From Pseudogymnoascus verrucosus (lineage: Eukaryota): a stretch of 64,000 nucleotides of DNA. The DNA is taken from the NCBI GenBank assembly GCA_001662655.1, contig KV460228.1; one strand, given 5' to 3'. Under the pieces are notes generated by a model. It saw only the letters and a program-made list of their open reading frames with translations. It made no database searches and was not told where the DNA came from. The translations under genes and the position numbers were made by a program. Below, in pieces: positions 24,189 through 37,876 of this stretch (the first letter of the stretch is position 1; each line of letters opens with the position of its first letter).

Positions 24189-25475
24189 TTATTTGCCTCC
24201 AAGAGCGTACATGTGTCTCTCAAATAAACTGATAAGCGGTTCCACCTTCTGGTCGGCAGGAGGCATAACCTGCGTCCCCCAAAGACCACACAATCGAGCT
24301 GTCCGATCAATAAACTGCCTTGATTAGCTGATTGACCTGGTCTCTCTTGGGGAGAAGTAAACATACCCAGAATAGATTAGCCGCGCCGGACCAGATCAAG
24401 CATCCCCGGCTACGCACAGGATGATTATCTCCCGCGATAAGAATGCCACCAAATCCCCAGTCATACTCATTAGGCCCAGAAAAGTCGCCAACGGCCCAGC
24501 TCGGGTCTTCCATGGCCTTCCTGAGCCCCGCCCTCGCTGCATCCGTAGGCAGCTGTGGCTGGAATATCAAGGCAGCTGTCTCGCTCCTGAGCAATGTCCC
24601 GTCATCGAGCAGGATCGATCGCAGGACTTTAGCATAATCCGACAGATCCGCGTACGCTCCCTCTCCGCCGAGACAGTCCTTCAGATCCCCAAAGAAGGGA
24701 AGCCCAGGGGGCGCAGCACTAAGTGTCCCTGTCGCGTCGTCTCGAACGCTCATGTCGCACATCTGGCCCTCTAGCGCCGGGTTGGCCCTGGGGAAAAAGG
24801 TGATACGAGAAATGCCCAGCGGCTGGAACATATTCTCCTGCATGTAATCCTCAAGAGACTTGCCCGTCAATTTCTCAAGCACCTTCCCAGCCCAGGTAAC
24901 TCCGGCGCCGTACGCCCAGCCCTCGCCTGGCTGGTAGAGCAGAGGCCAGTCAAAGATGTCGTCAATGGTGCTGCTTTCGGAGAATGTCTTGCCTGTGTAT
25001 TTGGCGTATTGCTGCAGCTTGGGGTCCATAAAGCTGTAGCCGGCGCCGGAGCTGTGTGTGAGGAGAAGGCGTAGTGTGATGGCTTTCTCGCGCTTGACGA
25101 GGATCGGCGTCCCGTCCTTGGTGAACCCGGTGAGAATGGACTGGTTGGCGAGGATGGGCACAAGTTCAGAGACGTCTTGGTCGAGACCGACGGTTCCACG
25201 CTCGTGCAGCTGTAAGAGAGCTATTGATGTCAAGAGCTTCGTCATGGAAGCAATAGTAAAGACTGAGTCTAGCCGCAGCGGGTCGTCGCTGCCAGCTTGG
25301 AGTGATCTTTTGCCAATGACTTTTTGGAAGTTGAAATCGCCTGTCAAGTGTTATTTTTTGCCCTTGCACCGTGTAAGGGTTGTCAGGTCTTACCGGAGGT
25401 ATTTGTGGCGAGCACCACGGCTCCAGGAATGGTGCCATCTTGAGCGGCCTTTTCTAAGACTTCGTCAAAGGACAT
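24189..25475 (-). CDS. Beta-lactamase-family serine hydrolase/esterase (LovD/EstB-like), 3 exons (25475-25394, 25340-24367, 24314-24189)
   Basis: SxxK motif IASMTK, plus LLLTHSSG, PLLYQPGEGWAYG and WSGAANLFW|FID. N-terminus MSFDEVLEKAAQDGTIPGAVVLA. Canonical GT-AG introns keep the frame. Confidence 0.92.
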
Positions 25476-25602
25476 GGTGTTTGTATGATGCTGTCACGAG
25501 ATCAAGTGGGGATAAATGGGCCGCGGGAATGAAACTGTTGGTACGAGGCTTGCTGTTATTGTTCTCAGCATTCATTCATTCATTCACAGGAGTAGTCAGT
25601 GA

Positions 25603-25730
25603 CCTTTTTGTATCAGAGCTCACGATTAATAATCCGACTGACTTTTACGATAACCGCTCGACTCCGGCCTTTTTGTATCAAAGTTCACTATTAATAATCC
25701 GATCGAATCTCACGACAACCGCTCGACTCC
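25603..25730. repeat. Diverged tandem duplication with 65-bp period
   Basis: CCTTTTTGTATCA...TTAATAATCCGA...ACGA.AACCGCTCGACTCC occurs at 25603-25665 and again at 25668-25730. Confidence 0.85.
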
Positions 25731-26046
25731 ACAGGGCTGCAGGTGTATGCTGTTGCGTGGGGCTTCGACAAGCAGGTGCAAAGCACGAACGCCAGTGATT
25801 CGCTAACGTTTGCTTCCGCAACATTATAACCCACAATTGTTTTAAGCATACTTAGATAAATAGTTACAGATTCAACTAAAGTGAATAACATAGCTGACAT
25901 GACTACCGAACAATAGAGATTGCTTAATAACAGAACTGTTACAATGATGTACAGTTCAAGACAAATAGCCAAAAGCCACCATCGTCCCGTTACGAGAACT
26001 ACCGGGTTTTTAGCAACTTACCATTATTTTACTTCTTCTCCTTATT

Positions 26047-27293
26047 TTACTTCTCACCCTGGTCGCCCTTATCTTCGGTTTTGTTCTCATTTTTCTTCTC
26101 TTCCTCTGCAGCCTCAGCAGCCTCAGCAGCCTTCCTCTGACTCTTAACCTCCTCCTCTTGCCTCCTCGCCTCTGGCTGCATCTCACTCAATTCTCTCAAC
26201 TTCTCAGCACGAGTCGGCTTTCCCGATCCCACAAACTGCACCTGCCCGCGCCCAATCAAGCTGGCAACGATGCTGATACCAACAATGAATGTCAGCACGA
26301 AACGGTACGTGGGGTACCATGACGGAGCGAAACCGCGGACTCCTTGCTGGGAATCGACGAAGTAGAGCCCGGTGAAGGCGATGAACTGAGTTATTAAAGC
26401 TGGCTCGAGTGGCATCAGCATAGTTGGCCAGGCTATGGCGGGCATGGCGCAACCGATGGCGAAGCGGCGGTAGCCTGGTTGGTGTCCACCGTACTGGGCG
26501 TACTCGAGGCCCCAGTGGATTGCACCGAGGAAGGAGAGGATCTGGGTAGTATTAGATGGGATGCAACTTAAATTACAGACATCTTCTTTATAATACTTAC
26601 CACAGCACCATAGCCTATCTGGATTGGTTCCAAAACCGATAAGTAGTATTGGGCCGTTTCCAGCGGGAAAAACAAGCTCGACCCTGTCGGCACATGGTTG
26701 ATGCCATAGCTCAGATATAATGTAGCCAGAGAAGTAGCCATATAAGGAAGTGTTCCAGCAGCCCCTAAATAGTACGATTCTCGAGGCACCTCACGGAGAG
26801 CGAAGGAGTCCTTGATCGTATTCTATGAAAGTTAGATAATATTCAAAGCAGGGGTTTCCGTTCCGCAATCAATCAAGCCAGCCGAAGATAAAAGGTTGAA
26901 ACTTACGAGATCTTGTTTAACCCCCCTGAGCACTTCATGGTCCTCTTCTTCAATCGGGGCTTCGCTGGATTCAAAGACCTGGCGGACGCTTGAATCGGTC
27001 GTTACAGCCTCTGGATAACTTTCAAGCTTCTTTGCCCCCAATTTTCTCTCGGCTGCCGCATCGATTTTATCATGTTTTGGAACTCCCGTCTTCGTTGCAT
27101 ATCGCAACTGGGGTATAAGGACTGGCCGGAATTGCGGTACGGCGACCTGTGGCCTTTTCGCGGCCAAAGAGTGGAATTGTGATATGACACTGACTTTGCG
27201 TATAGCTGGGCCATAGCCAGCTCTCGCAGAAATTACATTTGCGAGTCCCCGAGAAAATGGCCGAGCTGCTGTTGTTGTTGTGGTGCGGATCAT
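26047..27293 (-). CDS. DUF3429/TMEM69-like mitochondrial inner-membrane protein, 3 exons
   Basis: Arg/Thr-rich presequence-like N-terminus. Spliced frame gives GAAGTLPY, IQIGYGAV|ILSFLGAIHWGLE and WYPTYRFVLT. Confidence 0.85.
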
Positions 27294-28200
27294 ATTGACG
27301 GGCGGAAGCTTGCGATGATGCTCTTATCGTACCCCGCCCACTGTTTTCCTACGTTATCGAGAGTATTGTAGAAAAAGTGTACAAGCTTCAAACTGTACAC
27401 ACTCAAAGCGGATTGTTATCCTGGGGAGATTTTAAATTATATATATAACAAAGCTCTGAGATGTTACTTTGTAAAAGACTAAGCTATATATTTTGCGGAT
27501 AGAGGATGGATGGGAAATGTAATGATGTTCTCATCGTTCCCTACGACATTATGGTGTTGGCCCAAGCTTCCAGTGTCTACGTCATAGATTTTGATTGATA
27601 CCAGCCAAACAGGATAGAAGCGAATTTCAGGGACCACAACTAAAAGGCTTATGAGTGAGTGCCTGGGGCAGGAAGGAGCAACAGCCACAGCCACATGAGA
27701 ATCCCACCTCCGTAACTTACGGGACGGAGACCACAGAGAGTACCTTGGCACTGCCAACAACGTCGAGTCTCCATCCACGCAAGCCAACAATTACCTACGT
27801 CGCTCATGATCACGAATTTATTGTACCAACGCGACTTTGATCTCTTCAAAACCAACGAATAAACTCTAGACTTTGTTGCGGAGATCACTGTGTACTTTTC
27901 TTGCTTGTTAGCGGTTCCTATTGCTCGTGAAAGCGCCTCAAGATAGTCGTCCCGAGTTTAGCTCCAAAGGAGGGGTCGCGATACTCCCAACAGCTTAGCA
28001 CCCCATGAACTGAATCGTCCCACAAAGCCCTCGAGGGTGAATCAACAAAAGAGAGGCAATTGAAGCCCATATTCCTTCACGAAGACGCCGCCCTACGCGC
28101 GCGACTGTTGTTCCCGAGAACCCTGGACGAACATCAGCTGCGACCCTAAAGAACAACCCAACGATTGCCCCTGCCCGGGTTACGGCACCAATAATACAGG

Positions 28201-31200
28201 ATGTTGGAAGGCTTGGTGGCCGGTCTCCTCAATCGGTTCCTGGGCATGTACATTCGGAACTTTGACCCAGGACAACTGAAAGTCGGGATCTGGTCGGGAG
28301 ATGTCAAGCTTCAAAACTTGGAGCTCAGGCGAGAAGCTCTGGACCAGCTGAAATTGCCGATAAATGTGGTCGAGGGACATCTTGGAGCTTTGACATTAAC
28401 GATACCATGGTCGAACCTGCGCGGTCAGCCCGTCAAGGTGTTTATTGAAGATGTATACCTGCTGGCAGCACCGAAGGAGGACGCGGAATACGACGAGGAG
28501 GAGGAAGAGCGAAGGCGCCAAGCTGTGAAAATAGAAAAACTCGACAGCGCAGACATCCTTAAAGAGAGGAATGACGAAGGCCTCAGCCAGGAGGAGCAGA
28601 AGAAGAGCCAGAGCTTCACGGAGAGCTTGGTTTCGGCTATCGTGAACAACCTCCAAATCACCGTGAAGAACATACACGTCCGATATGAAGATTCGATATC
28701 CGCTCCCGGCCATCCATTTGCGCTCGGTGTTACGCTTGAGGGATTCAGCGCTGTAAGCACCGACGGAGAATGGAACCCGACATACATACAAAACTCAGTT
28801 GGTGTTGCGCATAAACTCGCTACCCTGGAGGCACTTGCTGTATACTTCAATACAGATACAAAGCTTATGGGCACCGGACGAGAAGCACAGGTGCCTCAAG
28901 ATGCCGAAGTTTTGTCCCACGAGGAGATGATGGAGCAATTCTCAAAATTGATCGTCAAGGGCGAGCAGAGCGACGACACCGAGCATCAGTTCATATTGAA
29001 ACCTGTTAGTGGCCGCGCAAAGATCGAGATGGATACCTCTGGCGAGATCACCAGGCCAAAGATTAAAGCAGGCCTGCTTTTCGACGAAATTGGACTGGTT
29101 TTGGACGATGACCAGTACAGAGATGCCCTCATGATGGTTGATTTATTCCATTATTTCCTGCGACACCAGGAATACAAGAAACTGCAGCCCAAAGGAGTCA
29201 CTCCCAAAGAAGACCCTCGTGCGTGGTTGCGATTTGCTGCAGATGCAGTGCTGAGCAAAATCCATGAGAGAAACCGTCGCTGGTCGTGGGATTACTTCCG
29301 CGAGCGAAGAGATGATAGAATCCGTTACATCGAGTTATTTAAGAAAAAGAGAGGAGACCAAGCAATGACCCCTGATGAAACCGAGGACCTCAACAATCTT
29401 GAGTGGAAGCTCTCGTACGAAGACCTGAGATTCTGGAGGTCACTCGCTAGAAATCAACTGAAGAAGGAAAACATCGGTGTCAAGAAAGCCGCACCTCCAA
29501 AGCCCCAAGGATGGGTGGCATGGGCCTGGGGCTCGAAGCCTGAAGAGACCGAAGAGGATGAGACGACCACGATGACGGAAGAGCAACGTGAGGAACTGTA
29601 CAAGGCTATCGATTGGGACGAGAAAAATGCAATCGCGGCAAGCGTTGATCTGCCTCGAGAGACCGTTAAGCTCCAAATCGAAGCCGACCTTAAGTTGGGT
29701 AGTTTTACATTAAAACGGGACTCCCACAATACAGCGGTGGAGGTTCTCAGTCTGTTCTTTGATTCTTTCAGTGCCAAAATCTTACAACGGCCGGATTCCT
29801 TCCTCGCCGACGTAAGCCTGGGAGGCCTTCGTCTCAACGACGGAACCACTGCGAACAGCTTCTATCCACAAATTATAAGAGTGAAGGATTCGCCATCAAC
29901 CGGCGACGACACCAGTTTAACCAAGTTTGAACCCGAGTCCTCCGTGGAGCCGTTCTTCCAGTTCCAATTCGAACAACACCCTCTAGACGAAAGTGCCGAT
30001 TTAGCAGTTACGGCAAAATTGAAGTCTATGGAGATCATTTATAATCCTAATTTTATCGTGGAGATCGTCAAATTCTTCAAGCCTCCGGAGAGGCACATGG
30101 ATTCCATATACGCTCTTATGGATACAGCAGGTGCTACAGTAGAAAGCATTAGACAGCAAACACGAGCCGGCTTGGAATTTGCTCTCGAGGAGCACAAGAC
30201 GATAAATGCCAAGCTAGACTTGCAAGCACCTTTAATCATCATTCCTGAAAATATTGAGGCCGAAAGGACTACGTGCTTAATTGTCGATGCTGGTCACATC
30301 AGCGTCAACAGCGATCTGGTTGATAAAGAGACAATGCGAGACATACAGTCCAAGCACAACCAGACATATACCGAGGATGATCTGAAGCGCTTGGAAGGCC
30401 TGATGTACGATAAATTCCAGCTGAAGCTTGAAGCAACTCAGGTTCTCATTGGCCCGTCTGTGGAAGAGACCAAGGCGCGCCTAAGGGACACTGGGGATAA
30501 GGCGTTCCACGTTGTTGACCGCATCAACGTCGAATTCACGCTGCAATTATCAATTGTACCAAAGACGCCAAACATCCCGAAAATACGAATTTCTGGGCAC
30601 TTACCAGTACTTCATGCTTCGGCATCTGATGCCAAGTGGAAGAGCTTCATGCGACTTGTCAACGTGGCTATTCCCAAGTTTGAAGATGAGCAAGAAGTGC
30701 TAGATAAGGCAATAGAACCTGCTCGCAGCTCAGCGGTTACGAAGGATGTCAAGCGTCCACGTGCACAAAGTTCATTATCCCAGCGCCGAAAATCTCACCG
30801 ACAGTCAACCTCCTTCCCATTTGCGGCTCAGCAGGCCGTTGTCATTGAGGAATCTGATCTTGATGAGGACGAAGATGCTGTGTTCCAAGACGCTTCCATC
30901 GGACAAACTGATGAGGACCTCAAGCTCGCACAGCGGACTTTTGAGTTATCGTTCAGCATTGGCCGACTCCAGGGTTCTCTATATCGAAGTGACCCTAATG
31001 GCAAGAAGCCCGACCAATTACTCGTCGAGCTTGTCGCAGAGCACTTCAGTGTCGATGTAACAGTCAGACCGTTTGATATAACGGCGGAAGTTGCCCTCCA
31101 ATCTCTCTCGCTGGATGATCATGTAGAAAAGGATCCTCTGCCTGAGTTCAAGCGCCTAGTATCATCAGGGGATGGCGCAGAGGGAGGCGATAAAGAGAAG

Positions 31201-34200
31201 GCCCTCGTCCAGGTCAAATATGCCAGGATCAGGAGGGAGTCGCCCGAGTTTATGACCAAATATTCGGGGATTGAGACGAACCTTGACATTGCGATATCGA
31301 CGATCAACTTGATTGTCACGAGGAGAACACTTCTGACACTGCTGGACTTTATTCTCATAACCTTCACGAACCCCGACGGGAATAATCCGAATCAGAAAAC
31401 CATCGAGTCTGAAGATGAATCGGAAGAGGATGAAGTTGTCGCCACGCCCCAAAACCCAGCAGAACCGGAGAAAATCAGGATTCAAATCAGCCTCAAGAAG
31501 GTGTCGCTGGTCCTCAATAATGACGGGATTAGGCTTGCAACGCTAAGTCTCATGGCTGGCGACTTGGGATTGTTCCTGATGGGTCAGACAATGCGAATCG
31601 GTGGTAAACTCGGCAACCTGTCGCTATTAGACGACATCGACCAGGGCGCGCCGCTCGAGATGCGTGAATTGGTTTCTATCCAAGGTCAAGATTTGGCTGA
31701 TTTCAGCTATGAGACTTTTGACCCGAATAATAAGGAAACATACCCAGGCTACGACTCCTCCTTTGGCCTCCAAGCTGGATCAGTGAAGGTCAACTTCATT
31801 TCTGAGCCATTCCGCAAGATTCTCAACTTCCTCGTCAAGTTCGGAAAGATGCAGGCAATTTTCAACGCTGCTCGCCAGGCTGCTGCGAACCAAGCGTCTC
31901 AGATTCAGCAAAATGCCAACAAGATACATTTCAATATTACGGTTAAGACGCCGATAATCGTCTTCCCCCGCGTTATGGAGTCGGGCGTATCACACCGAGA
32001 CGTCGTTACCGCGTATCTCGGAGAGATCTACGCCCAGAACAAGTTCGTTCCACTCGATGACTCCGCGTATTCGCCCATCGGTATGAAGATTTCGGCTGGT
32101 ATAAGGAATATCAGGTTGACCTCCGACTTTCACTACGGGGAGGATCGGTCCGAGGAGTTGGAGCTTATTGATCAAGTTGATCTTGGCTTTGCGATCACGT
32201 ATGCGGAGCATTTGCAGGGAGTCAAGAGACCTGACCTTGAAATTGACGGCCATATGACCGAGCTCAACTTGCGAATCACACAAGTTCAATTGAGGTTCCT
32301 GTTAGAATTGGCTAGAACGATCCCTGCCGCGTTCGCTGCCGATGAGGATGCCATTGAACAGGAGACAATTGATGAGCTTCCCAACAGACTCACTCAGCAT
32401 GCTGATGCGGACCATGGGCTTGCTAGCAATGACAATGATAACAGGAAGTCCGTCGATCTTGGCCCAGAGCTCAACATTGACTCCGAAAGCTGGGTAAAAT
32501 TAGACTTCGTTTTCAAAGTACCAAGTGTTGGCTTGGAGATGATCCGCGCCGAAGATAATGAGCCCATTGAGGATCTCGAGGAAGCTAGCTTATCCAAATT
32601 TTCTCTGGATGATACCACGGTGAAACTTTCGATGGTCACGGATGGATCTCTAGAATCTGAACTCACAATCCAATCGTTCACGATCCAGGACAGCAGAAGC
32701 AGCGAAACCAACAGATACAAGAAGGTTATGACCTCCTTGAACAAGGATGTCCAGCAATTCATGGCCAGTGTTACAATTTCGGGTGGGAAAGAACGAAATG
32801 TCATCGCCATGGCTGCGATTGACAGCCCCCGAGTCATTCTCGCGCTGGATCATCTATTTGCTATTCAGTCGTGGCTTACTCATGGATTTGCAGTTGATGA
32901 GCCTGCGGTTTCTGATGTCGTGCAAGACATAATGGAAGAATCGAATGAGAACTCCGAGGCCGAGACTGAGGTTTCTTCGCGGCACGTAAGCCAGCGTCCA
33001 AGGTCGGAGAGTCGGGCTAGCTCTGGAAAGAAAACGCCCCAAGTGCAGGATAACAACGAAATGACGGTTTCCTTCAGGGTTAATATCGTTGATGCCCAGA
33101 TCATTTTGATTGCAAACCCTATCAGCACCAGCTCCGAGGCTATTGTGCTGGGGACGAAGCAAATCCTTATGTCTAAGCAGCATGCTCTGACCCTTCAAGT
33201 ATCGGAGATGGGTATGTTCCTTTGCAGGATGGACCGTTTTGAAGACACGCGCCTTCGCATTCTCGATGACTTCAACCTCTCGATGTCTATGGATACCTCG
33301 CAACCTCAGGTTTCTAGTATCCACATCGACATCCAGCCATTGATTCTTCGACTGTCGCTCCGTGATATTCTACTTGCCGTGCAAATTTTCGGCAAGGCAT
33401 CTGAATTGTCTGGCGGCGAGGCGAAACCCCAGGAGTCACCTTCGGCCAAAAAGGCAAACCAGCTCAAGGGTCGTCCTAATAGTAGTCTGAAGCAGCGTAC
33501 GGCAAGTGGCCGAGCAACGTCGACACTGGCGAAACGGCCTAAAACCATTGGTAGCGCAAGTCAAGGCCAGCTTGACGGCGACGCGTCTAGTGCTGTAACT
33601 AAAGCCGGTCCGCCAAAGCGTGAGGAGCTAACGGCCACTCTTGAGGGGCTGAGAGTTGTCCTTCTAGGCGACGTACACGAATTGCCAATTCTTGACCTTA
33701 GCGTCAACAACTTCACAGCCAGTGCCAATGACTGGTCAAGCGATCTTTCTGCCGGGACGTCTATTGACATGTTTGTCAATGTGTACAACTTCTCCAAGTC
33801 GTCGTGGGAGCCTCTGATTGAACCTTGGCAGCTTGGTTTCCGTATGTCGAGGAAGCAAAATCCTCCTAGCATGGCCTTTGAGCTGAGCTCGAAGAAGATG
33901 ATGGAATTGACCATCACTTCGGCCACAATTGCTCTGGCGTCTCATTCCGTTACCTTCCTCCGGTCAGATGACGACGTCCTATCGAAGCCTCGCGGCGTTG
34001 ATACTCCGTACCGCATTAGAAATTACACGGGATTCGAAATGAATGTCTGGGCCGAATCGGACTCTATCGATGAAGATGCGATGTCTGCCAAGCTCCAAGA
34101 TGGCGAGGAGGCCCCATGGCTCTTCGAGAACTGGGAGAAGATGAGAGAGAACTTGTCGACTGATATCAAACCTGCGATTGTCGGAGTTGTCCTCGAAGGA

Positions 34201-37200
34201 AGCAGTTTCCAGAGCATTGACAAGATCCCTGTTAATCGCGAGGGAGAGTTCCTCTACAACCTGAAGCCGCGAGTGGATAATATCCTCCATCGCCTGCTTG
34301 TCGAAGTTAAGCTCGGAGAAGACAACGTGAAGTATATCACTTTCAGATCGCCGTTGCTGGTAGAGAACAACACGCAAATCCCCGTCGAGCTCGGTGTGTT
34401 TGATGCCCAAGAGGGCCATCTTCTTAAGATCGAGAAGATTCTACCAGGAGAGAGTAAACCGGCGCCAGTTGGAGCTGCATATCTGAAGCAGCTTCTTGTA
34501 CGACCAGACCAAGGATTCGGGTATTCCTGGTCAACAGAGTCATTGTGGTGGCGCGATCTTTTGAGGCGTCCAACCAGGACGATGACTTGCAAGGGGGATA
34601 GCGATAGCAAGACTCCCCCATTCTATTTCCAAATGAATGCAGTGTACGATAAGAGTAATCCTCTTTGCAAGTAAGTATTCAACCCGAGCCTTCCTTGTGC
34701 TTTATCTAACACCTCCCAGTATATATCCTTACATGAGAATTCGCCTCTCTGCTCCAATCGAGTTGGAGAATTTGCTACCTTACGACTTCAAATATCGCAT
34801 TTACGACAAAAACACGAAGAAGGACTGGACCAACTTCCTCCGGAAGGGCGGCCTCAGCCCTGTGCACGTTGTCGAATTATCCCATTTATTACTTTTGAGC
34901 ATCGATATGCAAGACACTGTTTTCAAAGCGAGCGAATTTGCTATTATTAACTCTAATGATTCTGACGATTTCCGAAAAGAGACGACGCTTGTTTGCAAGG
35001 ACAATGAGGGCCTCCCGCTCAATCTCCAATTGCATTATTACAGAATTCCAGACGGAGGCGGAGCTTTTAGACTCACAATTTACAGTCCTTATGTCATTTT
35101 GAATAAAACTGGCCTTGATATCAATATCAAGGCGAAGTCGTTACTGCAGCAGGCACGGACGGCGGCTGGTCAGAAGGTCGTACGCGATCTCCTTGGCGAT
35201 GATGAGCAGAAGGCGCTACCTTTGATGTTTGCGTTCAGTGGCGACGACCAGCGCAACCGCGTCATTCTCAAGGTTGGCGAGTCGAACTGGAGTAAACCGC
35301 AGAGTTTCGACGCCATTGGTAGCACAATCGATGTGGTCCTGCCGTCAGCAACTCAGAATACCGAGATACACGTTGGAATCAGCATCGAGAATGGAGATGG
35401 CAAATACAAGATGACCAAGGTCGTTACGCTTGCGCCGAGATTTGTGCTGAAGAATCGCATGAGCGAGGAGATCAGTGCCAGGGAACCGGGTTCGTCGGAG
35501 CTCATGACTCTGAGGCCGGGAGAACTGAAGGCTCTCCACTTCCTTCAAAAGTCGGCGGTTAAGCAGCTGTGCCTTTGCTTCCCGGGTTTGAACAACCAGT
35601 GGTCTTCGCCGTTTACAATTTCAGATCTTGGGACTACGCATGTGAAGCTTGCCAAGGTCGGTCAGAGACAGAAGCTCGTCCGTCTTGAGGTTCTGATGGA
35701 GGATGCTACGATCTTCCTGCATCTCAGCATCGAGACTAAGAACTGGCCTTACTCTATGCGCAATGAGAGTGATATGGAATTTATGTTCTGGCAAGCAAAT
35801 CCCAACATTGACGAGGAAGACACGGAGGATAGATCAGGCTGGCGCCCAATCCGCTATAGACTTCCGCCGCGTAGCATCATGCCATACGCGTGGGATTACC
35901 CGGCCGCCAAGCTCAAGGAGCTCATCATCAGTGCGAATGGCAAGGATAGACATATTAAGTTGGCAGAGATTGGAAACCTGATACCAATGAAGGTTCCCGC
36001 CGCGAAACATTCTAGGGAACAGAAGATTATCGATCTCAATGTTGCAGCAGATGGACCCACTCAGACTCTGATCCTGTCGAATTACAAGCCATCGAAGAGT
36101 ATGTACAAGCAGAGATCACCAACTGAATCGGCATCGAGCGTCACAGAAGGCTTCGAGGTCAAGGATCAAGATACGGACGTCACGTTCCGGGCGCAATTGA
36201 AACTCGCCGGGTTCGGGATCTCACTGGTAAACAGCCAGCTCAGCGAACTCGCGTATATTACTTTCAGAGATCTCACGCTGAGGTACAGCGAATCACCTCT
36301 GTATCAGACCGTCTCCGCGTCCATTAAGTGGATTCAGATCGACAACCAGCTGTACGGAGGCATCTTCCCGATGATTATCTACCCCAGTGTTGTTCCTAAG
36401 CAACACGCTGAGACGGAGGCGCATCCTTCTCTCCATGCTCAAATTACGCGCGTCAAGGATGATTCGTACGGTGTACTCTACTTCAAATACGCTACGCTAC
36501 TTCTGCAACAGATGACGGTGGAAATCGACGAGGATTTCGTTTACGCGCTGCTGGACTTCTCAAAGGTACCGGGGGCTAGCTGGTCAGAGACGCATGAAGG
36601 GACGCTTTGTGATGATAGTCTCGACATCCCAGAACCGAAACAGCTTCAGCAGGGCCAGGATATCTACTTTGAGCTTCTCAACATCCAGCCTATGCAGGTA
36701 GATTTGTCATTTGTTAGAACGGAACGAGTCAATGTCGAGGACAAGACTTCGTCGCGCAACCCGCTGATGTTCTTCCTCAATGTGCTTACTATGGCTATCG
36801 GGAACATCAATGACGCGCCTGTGCGATTCAATGCCTTGATGCTGGAGAACGCACGAGTATCGGTGGCGGTCTTGACACAGAATATTTCTGCGCATTACTC
36901 TCAAGAAGCGCTGTACCAAGTACACAAGATCCTGGGATCCGCTGATTTCCTCGGAAACCCCGTGGGTCTGTTCAATAACCTGAGTTCGGGAGTTGCGGAT
37001 ATCTTCTACGAGCCCTACCAGGGATTCATCATGTCCGACAAGCCGGAGCAGCTCGGTATCGGCATCGCCAAGGGCGCAACTAGTTTCGTCAAGAAGTCAG
37101 TCTTTGGTGTGTCAGACAGTTTTTCGAAGGTCACAGGTAGTATCTCCAAGGGACTCGTCGCTGCGACGATGGACAAACAGTTCCAGGACCGCCGGCGCAT

Positions 37201-37876
37201 GACTCGCTCGCGCAACAGGCCGAAGCACGCACTCTACGGTGTGACAGCGGGCGCGAACTCGTTCGTCAGCAGTCTGGCAAGCGGAGTCGGCGGTCTCGCG
37301 CGCAAGCCGCTTGAGGGCGCGGAACAGGAGGGATTCGCAGGCTTCTTCAAGGGCGTAGGCAAGGGTGTTCTCGGTCTTGCAACGAAGCCAGCCATCGGTG
37401 TGTTCGATCTCGCGTCCAACGTCAGTGAGGGCATCCGCAACACAACGACAGTGTTTGACGGCGACGGCCTAGAGCGCGTGCGCCTAACGCGCTTCATCCC
37501 CGCCGACGGAATCGTGCGACCATACAACCAGCGCGAGGCACTCGGTCAGTTCTGGCTCAAACAGCTGGACAGCGGCAAGTACTTCAACGAGCAATACATT
37601 GCACATCTAGAGCTGCCGCGCGAGGACGTCGTGGTGATGCTAACGTACAGCCGGATCATGCTTGTGCGCGCGAAGAAGCTGACAAGCGAGTGGGACGTCC
37701 CATTGCGAGATGTGCAGACGATCTCGAAGGAGCGGACGGGGCTGAGCTTGACGCTGAGGGGGGGGACGAATGGGCCGTTCTTGCCGGTCGCGGAGGAGAG
37801 TAGTCGCAACTTTTTGTATCAGAAGATTGGGGTTGCGGTGGGGGAATTCAATAAGAAGTATAAGGCGACGGAGTAG
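28201..37876 (+). CDS. VPS13: Vacuolar protein sorting-associated protein 13 (bridge-like lipid transfer protein), 2 exons (28201-34670, 34720-37876), ~3208 aa
   Basis: Chorein-N start MLEGLVAGLLNRFLGMYI...GIWSGDV; WEPLIEPW; C-terminal ILGSADFLGNPVGLF and GFFKGVGKG. A 49-nt intron (GTAAGT...CTAAC...CAG) joins the 2157-aa and 1079-aa ORFs in frame. Confidence 0.98.

Noticed and set aside
24189..25475. Secondary-metabolite cluster around the LovD-like hydrolase
   Set aside because: No PKS, NRPS, terpene synthase or tailoring genes are present in the window.
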